From Octopus sinensis (Eukaryota), in assembly GCF_006345805.1 (NCBI RefSeq), contig NC_043002.1, positions 59,520,001 through 59,584,000 of the forward strand: 64,000 bases of DNA. Direction: 5' to 3'. The translations under genes and the position numbers were made by a program. Below the pieces are notes generated by a model, which saw only the letters and a list, made by a program, of their open reading frames with translations, did not search any database and was not told the DNA's origin. Shown one piece after another: positions 53,652 to 64,000 of this stretch (its first letter is position 1; every line of letters starts with the position of its first letter).

Positions 53652-54663
53652 GTAATAATAATAATAATAATATGTATGCATATATATATATATTCGACTT
53701 ATTAGACATCAGACTCGAGGTTATGGCAAATTAATATTGATGTACAGTAGGTTGATATTTAATAAACTCTCCATTAGCTGTACTTTTCCATCCAAAATTT
53801 GAAGTAGGTCACCTTCCTTCCGTTTCTGGTTTAGGAATCTTTTCTTTGATTACTTATTCTTCGAACCGGAGCCCGATAACACATATTCCATTGGAGATGT
53901 ATTCGATTTGCCTCACCCAATAAGTATGCTGCAAACGTTCTTATACGTCGACGAAGAATATTTGTTGTATTATATTCTGAATAATTACTGGAAGAACACA
54001 TGATGCCTGCAGATCTATGCAAAACAAATATCCCATTTCGAAACCATACTATTTTAGAAAATGTACGTTGCCTCGACCTACTTATCAAACGTTTATTCAC
54101 AGTCCAGTTTTCTCTGTGTTTTTTTTTTCCCCGATTTTTTTCTTTTTCCTTTTACAACAATACACTATTTCTATAATCAAGCGGCCGGTAGCTTCCAGCA
54201 TTCAAATCATATCTAATTTTTTAAAGTGATGCTTTACAATTTCTTAATATGCACCTTGCAGTACTTCCGTTAGACTAATTGCCACTCTGTTAGATTGGAA
54301 TATAACCCCGGTTTCGTAAGTCATGTGATAAATACAACTTTACGCATAATATTTGGAATTTTTAGAACGGAAGCGTTATTCATGTACAAATGAATCTGTG
54401 TGGCCTAATGCTTACGAATACAGGTTTACGAATATAAGATTGTAGGTTACATTGCTGGACGTGGTAGCACGTTATCTCCTTGTGTAAGACACATTAGTTT
54501 GCAGTGCCCCAGTCTGCTAACCTGCAAATGTATACATGTTGATATATAATATAATATAATATAATATAATATAATATAATATAATATAATATAATATAAT
54601 ATATTATATATATATATATATAAATATATATATGTGTGTGTGTGCGTGTGTGTATGTGTGTGT

Positions 54664-54696
<33 letters not shown>

Positions 54697-54995
54697 AGGT
54701 GCAATGGCACAGTGGTTAGGGCAGCGAACTTGCGGTCATAGGATCGCGGTTTCGATTCCCAGACCGGGCATTGTGAGTGTTTATTGAGCGAAAACACCTA
54801 AAGCTCCACGAGGCTCCGGCAGTACTCCTGCTGTACTCTTTCGCCACAACCTTCTCTCACACTTTCTTCTGTTGGCCTGATCGCTTAGCCAGCGAGGCGG
54901 CATCATTTGAAGGCTAAAACAATGCAAAGTGCATTATGACCAGCGATTTATAACAACATCTGATAGCCTGGTCGGTCACGGTGATCACGGTGATA
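54697..54995 (+). mobile_element. tRNA-headed SINE, with a second partial copy at 54395-54520
   Basis: TGGCACAGTGG A-box and GTTTCGATTCC B-box; TGAGTGTTTATTGAGCGAAAACA body. Confidence 0.87.
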
Positions 54996-55002
54996 TATAT
55001 AT

Positions 55003-55895
55003 ATACGTGGTCTGATCAATAAGTAACATAACTCTTGCCTTAGTAACGAAGCTAAAGCACGCAGAGAGAAGCAGCTTGGCACAGGTAGATCTTAAACTTT
55101 GTTGTGGATGCGTACTAGGTTTTAACGTTCTAGCTCAATTCCGCTGTTTACATTAGTGCTTAGACGGAAGGTGTGTTGCGTGTGATCATACCATTCAACA
55201 TGGCAGAAAAAGTTAGCAAAGACTTGCATCAAATTTTGTGAAAAGCTTGGCGATACCTGCTCAGGGACCTACGCAAATTTTCTAAAAGTTTTCATCTTTC
55301 TCAACACAATCAAGATCTCGTGGAACAGAAATCTGAGTGTACTTTTGGCCAGCTGAAATCAGTTTTTGTATAAACCTGGCAGACACGCATCTCATACGCA
55401 AATATGCATTGATAAGGGAGTGAACTGAACTGTAACTAATCTCATATCGTCTCATAATTCACGGATGGTGATTCGACGATTTCCTCAACACAGCTGCACG
55501 TACATCTGCAATACTTTACTCAGTTGTGTTGTATTCGGGTGTCCCAGAACGTCGTCAATATCGACGTTTTTTCGGCCATCTTGATAACGTCTGAACAGCT
55601 CGTACACTTGTGTGCAGCTCATACACTTCTCTCCACACACTTTTTGCAATTTCTTTAGGCCTGTGAGCAGGTATCGCCATGACAACTTTCTCTGTCATGG
55701 TCAATGCGACGATCACACGCTACACATCTTCCTTACAAGCGCTGCAGTAAACAGCAGAAGTGAGCTAGAACGTTAAGCTTGGAGCGCATGAACAGCAGAG
55801 TTCAAGATCAATCTTTGCCAAGCGACTTTACTCTACATGCATTAGATTCGTTACTAAGGTAACAGCCCCGATACCTATTTATCAGACATCGCATG
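55003..55895. mobile_element. Two convergent mariner left ends with transposase N-terminal remnants
   Basis: + copy 55003-55290 (..CIKFCEKLGDTC..); - copy 55895-55293 (..MSCTQVYELFRRYQDGRKNVD.D..GHP...); matching TIR-like ends CGTGGTCTGATCAATAAG and CGATGTCTGATAAATAGG. Confidence 0.82.
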
Positions 55896-55921
55896 TATAT
55901 ATGCATATTGATAATAATTAT

Positions 55922-55987
55922 TGATACTACTACTACTACCACCACCATCACCACCACCACCACCACCACCACCACTACCACCACCAT

Positions 55988-56026
<39 letters not shown>

Positions 56027-56027
56027 A

Positions 56028-56073
<46 letters not shown>

Positions 56074-56135
56074 ATAATAATAATAATAATAATTATAATA
56101 ATAATAACAACAACAACAATAATAATAATAATCAT
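55922..56135. repeat. (ACT/ACC)n then (AAT)n tract
   Basis: Direct reading. Confidence 0.96.
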
Positions 56136-56324
56136 AAGGCTGCAGGTAGTAAGAAACATATTGTGGATCCTGTGCCTTTATATAAGCATTATAGACTTGC
56201 AGCTGTTTCTGATACGCATTTGGGTGCGTTCATGGCTCAGTTCACTCAATCCCTCGATTGATCTGCAGAAAATTTGCAGAATGCCCGTTAATATGCCACC
56301 CACGTCGAGTCCAATTGTCAAGCG

Positions 56325-56449
<125 letters not shown>

Positions 56450-56579
56450 TACACATATAGTTACATGCACACATAAATACAAATACGCATTTATGCTTAC
56501 ACATATATATGTTGGTTTATACACATATATGTACGTATATATGTATGTCTGCAATTATATATATATGTCTTTTTTATTT

Positions 56580-57110
56580 TCAATTATTATAAATCTTCCA
56601 CTGAGGAGGGAGCCGGTTTCCAACACAGATACAAGGTTCCATCTCTGAGATGTAGTTAACACAGGCAACTTCACATCTGGAAGTTGAGAAAAGTCTTGAA
56701 CATTTTTACTGTCCTACTCACAGATTGCACTTGTAATGTACGAATTAGCCGATCGATTTCTCTTCCTGAAAATCTCAGTTTATCCAGATTCTCATTTAAG
56801 CATTTACTAACAAAACCTAGCGCTCCAATTCTTCGTATGAATATGAATTCATAGCTGGAGGTTTCGAAGCAGTTGTCCGTAGATATCCTCTTTTTCTTTG
56901 ATTTTCAAAGAGATATTCATATATGCAGGGCAACTGACCACTATGATGTTACATACCTTTGCCCCCCTGTCCCAAGCAACAATACCCGGCCTGTAATGTT
57001 TACATTTGACAGAGGTTTTGATGGGAATATTCCACCAGTATTCCTTGAGTTGGTGTTTATGAATGTATTCCATAACAGGGATTTTCTAAGTTTATTTCAG
57101 AACAGTCTTT
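56580..57110 (-). mobile_element. Older fragment of the RLE LINE family at 39470-40050
   Basis: RPGIVAWDRGAKVCNIIVVSCPAYMNISLKIKEKEDIYGQLLRNLQL. Confidence 0.82.
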
Positions 57111-57274
57111 TTTGAGGATGGCATTGCAAATTGTTTTAGTAACAATATCGTGCCGTAAACATGCATACGTATGTACATATGTAAGTATGTATGTATGAAT
57201 GTGTGCGTTTGGGGGAGAGAGAGAGAAAAAAAGCGCGCGACGTAGCGCACACGTTCGCAAGGTCATTCCTATTT

Positions 57275-57505
57275 CTTTATTTCCCACAAGGGTCTAAACA
57301 TAGATGGGACAAACAAGGACAGACAAAGGGATTAAGTCGATTACATCGACCCCAGTACGAAACTCGTACTTAATTTATCGATCCCGAAAGGATGAAAGGC
57401 AAAGTCGACCTCGGTGGAATTTGAACTCAGAACGTAACGGCAGACGAAATACTGCTAAGCATTTTACCCACCATGCTAACGATTCTGTCAGTTCGCCGCC
57501 TCAAT
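57275..57505 (-). mobile_element. SINE family B, full length
   Basis: Homology to 27065-27290. Confidence 0.9.
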
Positions 57506-58169
57506 TCTTAGCGGTGCATTGTGTCCTTGACCAAGACACTTGACTTCAGTTACTGCAGTGCACTCAGCTGGGAAAAATGAATAGTATCTGAAATTCAGAG
57601 GTACAAAGAGATGGCTCTGAGGGCAAAGCTTCAGTCAGCTAGCCCTCGTCAAACTATATATACAAAGATATTAGGCTCATCGAACATTAAAACACTTGTT
57701 GCTGACAAAAAAGAAACCCAAAGAAGAAAGGGAAAAAGAAAAGAATCATGAAAAATGTCTAGTTCTAAATTTCTGCTTTCTTTCCAAATAACCTGACACT
57801 GAACACGAATTATATGCATACTTTCTAACGTAAAACTGAAGACGTAAACAAAATGGAGCAGCAGTTAGATATTTACGGTATAACTTTGTTTTCAACAATT
57901 CGAATGTCACCAAAGTTTTTCTTAAAAGTGAGAGACACTCAAATATTTTCCAACATTACACAACAACCCACACGACATCACACCTTAAAATAGTTTGGTA
58001 ATTGACACGTTGGTAATTGAATCTGAGTTTTGTTGATATTCCGTATAATAACAGTTATTTGTTACGAATTTCATTTGCTCGTCATGATACTAATATTGTA
58101 GTTGTTGGTATTGTTATTACTGGTGCTTGTTTTACTTATGGAGCTGAACAAAATAATAATGATGATGAT

Positions 58170-58222
<53 letters not shown>

Positions 58223-58223
58223 C

Positions 58224-58320
<97 letters not shown>

Positions 58321-58321
58321 T

Positions 58322-58417
<96 letters not shown>

Positions 58418-58428
58418 CAATAATAATT
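58170..58428. repeat. (AAT)n-(ACT)n-(AAT)n compound microsatellite
   Basis: Direct reading. Confidence 0.97.
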
Positions 58429-59989
58429 TCAAAAGGAAAAAAAATCGGAGAAAAACGAAATTAATTTCTCGAAATCTTTTAAATGAAAATAAGATGGTAA
58501 TATGCGATCGTTTTTGAAGATTAGAAACATTTTTAGTCTACGCTAAGATCTGATTGTTGATTCGTAAAAAAAAAGACACAGAAGAATAAATATATATAAT
58601 TAAAAAATATATAAAAATAACTATTTTCTTTTTTCATGCACAGAACCAAAACAGAACAGAGAGAGAGATAGGGGGGAGTGATATGATCGCAAAACAAAAA
58701 TCAGGTAGGAAAAATATACAATACAAAAAACAAAAAATAATACAGTAATAACATTAAATGCAAAACATAACTTTTAATGGTAATCATATACGCATGCGCA
58801 ACACGAATTTTCGATGGCTTTTTATTTCTTTGTTTATTGAATTTAGAGATAAACATGCGAAAGCCGTCTTCTGCAGGCAAGAACGTCCTATGTCATAGCA
58901 TTTCAATAGTGGTTGTACTCTGCTTGTGTGTCTGTATGTGTGTGTATATATATATATATGCATATACATGCGTGTGTGTGTATATATATATATGTACACA
59001 CATATATATATATATATATATTATATGTACGGATGTATATATATGTATATATATATATATAATGTAAATATGAGTGTATATATATATCTATAATATTTTA
59101 AATGTACATGTGTGTGTTTGAAGTTATAAATTGTATATATACATACATGTATACATACATACGGACATGCATATATATATATAATACACATACATATATA
59201 TATATAAAATGTATATAATATATATACATATATATATACATAAAAGTGTGTACCTATACACACACGTATATATGCCTACATATAAACATATGCATGTTTA
59301 TATGTATATTCCTATATACATACCTGCCTTCATATTTGAAAACAGAAGCAGACACACTCATATATATTCAAACATGTATGTACACTGGCTGGACACTATC
59401 TCTCAGTCTGTCAGTACGAGTGTGAGCTTGTGATTGTGTGTGTATATGTATGTGCGTATATATGTGTATGTGTGCGTGTATGCGTGCGAGGATGCGTGCA
59501 CGTAAACAAACATATGTTTCGAACCGTGTTGAAACACGTTACATAATCTTCAGCATCTATGACTCCCTATGTCGCTTGTTTGCTGGTGTTTATCAGGAAA
59601 CTCAACACTAGGGAGGAAAACAAATATAATGTTCACAAAATATGTACTGTCATGCACACACACACATACACACACAGTCTCACACATACACTCACACACA
59701 TATATATATATATACATACATTTATATAGATGTAAGATTATGCTTATAAATATGTAGATATATACATTTTTAAATACATATATATATTATATATGTATTA
59801 ATATATATATATATATATATCTTATATATATACATATACGCACACACACACACACACACACACAAATATATATATGCACGTCTATATATATCTATACACA
59901 CATACATATACATAATATATATATATATATATATATAGTTACGTTTGTCCATGTACACACACACACACACATATATGTATATATATATA

Positions 59990-60392
59990 CTCTTTTTACT
60001 TGTTTCAGTCATTTGACTGCGGCCATGCTGGAGCACCGCCTTTAGTCGAGCAAATCGACCCCGGGACTTATTCTTTGTAAGCCCAGTACTTATTCTATCA
60101 GTCTCTTTTGCCGAACCGCTAAGTGACGGGGACGTAAACACACCAGCATCGGTTGTCAAGCAATGCTAGGGAAACAAACACAGACACACAAACATATTCA
60201 CACACACTTATATATATATACATATATACGACAGGCTTCTTTCAGTTTACGTCTACCAAATCCACTCACAAGGCATTGGTCGGCCCGGGGCTATAGTAGA
60301 AGACACGTGCCCAAGATGCCACGCAGTGGGACTGAACCCGGAACCTTTTGGTTGGTTAGCAAGCTACTTACCAAACAGCCACTCCTGCGCCT

Positions 60393-60395
<3 letters not shown>
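59990..60395 (-). mobile_element. SINE family A, full length, young
   Basis: Near-identical to 3575-3988. Confidence 0.92.
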
Positions 60396-60440
<45 letters not shown>

Positions 60441-60674
60441 GGGAAGAGATAGAGACAGATAGTTAAAGAGGGAGAGAGACAGCTAAAGAGAGAGAGAAGG
60501 GAAGAGAGAAATTTTATAAAAGTCCAATATTATTTCACAATTTTAAGACACTAAACAAATTCATTGGTTGGTTCGCATACAACGTAGTTATCGTGTGCGA
60601 TATTGTACGCTCCCCCAGTGTTTCTGTACACCTCTAGTATATGCGTAAGCGTGTCTGTACGTTTGTGTGCATTT

Positions 60675-60719
<45 letters not shown>

Positions 60720-60855
60720 TGTGTGTGTGTGTCAGTGCACGTGTATTTGCTTGTGTGTGAATGGAATTCCCTGTAAACCAGATTACCTCGGTTTGTTGTG
60801 AAGAATAGGTAAAAGTCTGGCTGCTAGGTAAACTTTTTTGTTACTATCATTATTA

Positions 60856-60927
<72 letters not shown>

Positions 60928-60929
60928 GT

Positions 60930-61680
60930 TCATAAAAAAACTCACTGCTTACGTTTCTGGAAAGTCTCGGCTGTCCACAGCCAGCAGACTAAGGTGACCT
61001 TTGTTTACTGGTCATTCTTGAAGAACCCTGCAAAGAATTTTTGCAGTTCCAAGCAACACTGATCTTTGTAGGTGTTCTACTTTCACACTTGCACCAATCT
61101 TTTTCAGGCATGCTGGTAGTTGAGTACTGATTCCACCAAGTGCACCAATTATTTTTGCTATCACGTCTACTCCCCTCATTGACCACAGCCTTCGTATTTT
61201 TCACTGCCAATCCTCGCAGTTGTTCAGTTTCTTCTTCTTTTTCTGTTTGATCTTGTCACCGCAGCATGCTATGTCGATTATCATACATGTCCTTTCTTTT
61301 TTATTCACCACAACAACGTCTTGTTTCTGATGTCAGGTCAGGTTTTCGTACTAAATCATTGCGTCCCACAGGAGTTTGCAATTTTCGTTCTCGGTGACTT
61401 TTCTGGAGTTTGTTCATATCACGTCCTTGCTCTTTTTAGGCCGTGATTTAAACAGAGCCTCCAATGGGTCATTCTTGACACATTGTCACGTCTTTCGTAT
61501 TCGCGTTGTGCCAATTTCGGGAATTTGTTAACGATGTGCCATACCGTTTCACATCTCTCACCACATACCCTGCATTCATAGCTGTCTGTAGTGTTGTTGA
61601 TTCTGCACTTAACATTATTAGTTCGTAATACCTGTTCTTATGCTGCGCACAAAATATTCTTAAACAGGATTATGTCAGTG
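60930..61680 (-). mobile_element. Decayed R4/Dong-clade LINE 3' fragment with a (TAA)n tail on the - strand
   Basis: Minus strand gives ECRVCGERCET.WHI, RHDNV, LLWD, DVVVV, IDIA and VVIGALG remnants; (TTA)n at 60840-60928. Confidence 0.85.
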
Positions 61681-62448
61681 ACTTCGATGTTTCAGCGAGT
61701 TAAGCCAACCGACGATGGCTTAACTGGTCGAAATTTCGAAGTCACTGTCACTAACCTTCTTGCTTAAGAACATTATATTTGCACTCTTCAAAGGTAGAAA
61801 GCAACCCATCAGATTAATGTAAAATTGTTTTTATTATAACTCAACAGAAAAACAAACATAAGCGTAAACTTATACATACAGATACACACGCAAGTAAACA
61901 CACACACACACGCACACACACACACACACTCATGTATATGTGTGAATCTATATTTCTGTGTGTATGTAGGTGTATGTATGTTGGCGTATGTTGTTGTTTG
62001 TGTGACTGTGTAATGTGCGACTGTTTAAACGAAGCCAACATATATTGCCTTCCTTTTTTTTATCGTGTTCAGTTTATCTCATTCATGAGACTATATTAAG
62101 AAAATAGAATTGCTGTAGATTAAATAAGAGAGTAAAAAAAAAAAGATATAAAAAAGCATGAAGGCAGCAGCATCAGAATTAACAACGACAACAACAGCAA
62201 CAACAATAACAACTACATCCTCGTTCGATATTGGATATTTAACTGTTATGGGAAAGAATTAGTTTCCAGTCAGATATAATATATCGAATCAATCGATACA
62301 GATATGGATTAGATCTGGTGGGACAATTACCGAGTGGGAGACTTATGAAAGGAAGAGAAAAAAAAAACGCAGCTCAGTACATACAATACATACATACATG
62401 CATACATACCAGCATATATAATTGTATACATAAATACGTACAAACATG

Positions 62449-62485
<37 letters not shown>

Positions 62486-62715
62486 GCATGCTATGTATAC
62501 AGGTATGTATAAACACATATATAAGCGTGTATTCTGTGCATATGTGTCGGTGTGTGTAGGCGCAGTCATGGCTAAAAAGCACACTCCGCATCAACATACT
62601 TTTGGGTTTTGCCCAAATGCCCGGCGTCTTGGGCATGTTCCTCCACCATGGCTCCAGGCCATGCAATGTTTTGTGAGTGAATATGGTAGGCAGAAACAGT
62701 GCAGCATTTCATCGG

Positions 62716-62815
<100 letters not shown>

Positions 62816-63649
62816 GTGTGTGTGTGTGGCTTTGACAACCATTGTTGTTTTGTTTGCATCTTTCTTGTTTGGCGGTTCGGAAAAAGAAACCGATATAACA
62901 AATACAAAATTTGAAAAGTTTTTTCTTGGATTTGTTGAAAATATATATTTCTAAATGGACCTAATTAGGGAAAATTTCTTTTCAAGTTCACAGTTTATCA
63001 TCAAGAATTGGGAACAAGAGTATGCTGCTGCTAGTGGAATTGATGAAAAAAATTTACTTAAAGTAGCAAAAATAAAACCTTTGCTACAAACGTTTAAATA
63101 ATCTGAAACTTAAAAAAATTTAAGTATCTGTGGATCATCAATGCTTAATATTCCACAGAAGACGATGCTGCACTAAAAATAGGTGACACCACTGTAGGTT
63201 CATCACTGAGTTGATTGAAACGGAACGTACTTTGATAACTGTAAAAAGATGGCCGAATTAAAATTACGTTCTTTTAAATCGACAGAGCATCAAAATAAAG
63301 GATAACAGTAGTTTTTTCTACAGTCAAATGAAATCGTCAAGGAGGAAATGAAACCGATGAGAATATTAATTAGATATATTCTGGATAGATAACTGACTTA
63401 AAATCCTAACTGGAATCCATAAGTTAAGAATGTTAGTGCAAAGTGTACGTGTCAGGCAGGTATCTCAATGAATTGAAAATCGGTTCTTGATTACTGTGTC
63501 TGTAGTTATAAATAAAGTAAGAATGTTGGCAGAACAGGGTTGTTGAGGATAATGTTGCCGAAACTGTTAACAAATAAAGGAAGGAAAACTTAGTTCATGA
63601 TTAGAAGTTTATGATAAAGAATGCATTGGTGAATATTGATTTCAAATTT

Positions 63650-64000
63650 CGGTCCCAGGCCAGCAATATAGGGGCAGAGGTTAAGACGATTGCATCGACC
63701 CCAGCATTGAATTGGTACTTATTTTATCGACCCCGAGAAGATGAAAAGCAAAGTCGACCTTGGTGGTATTTGAACTCAGAAAATAAAGACGGACGAAATA
63801 CCGCAAAGCATTTTGCATTGTGTGTTCACGTTTCTGCCTGCACGCCGCTTTAATGCATTGGAAAATATAGCTTTCAAATTTTATCACAAGGCTAGCAATT
63901 TAAGGGGAGGGGGTAAGACGATTACAACGACCCCAGTACTTAACTGGCACTCATTTATCGACCCCCGAAAGGAGGAAAGGTAAAGTAGACTTCGGCGGTA
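63650..64000 (-). mobile_element. Two SINE family B fragments
   Basis: CGACCCC..GAAG..GAAA.G.AAAGT.GAC motifs. Confidence 0.85.

Noticed and set aside
61698-61745. CCGACGA-TGGC..GTC-GAAATTTC Penelope-like hammerhead
   Set aside because: U4 is replaced and no helix I partner follows.

Overview
AT-rich, microsatellite-saturated animal genomic DNA, probably Octopus (inferred from repeat style and SINE families, not verified), with one 100-N gap. I recognise no host protein-coding gene and no CRISPR, rRNA or true tRNA gene; nearly all listed ORFs are microsatellite artefacts. The window holds dozens of tRNA-derived SINE copies (at least three families), decayed LINE fragments (CR1-group, RTE, and R4/Dong-type with restriction-like endonuclease), and Tc1, mariner and Tigger/pogo remnants. 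The main result is an unusual density of hammerhead ribozyme (HHR) motifs in small non-coding mobile elements. (1) Type I HHRs with short palindromic helix III, as in Penelope-like elements, lie inside inverted duplications at 531-849 and 4826-5207. (2) One SINE joins a tRNA-like head to an HHR tail (12283-12534). (3) A retrozyme-like family with 750 and 781 nt repeat periods (five repeat copies at three loci) carries CUGANGA, GAAA and an AUC cleavage triplet in a non-canonical, crossed order, with compensatory changes in helix I. All ribozyme activity is predicted from sequence, not demonstrated.
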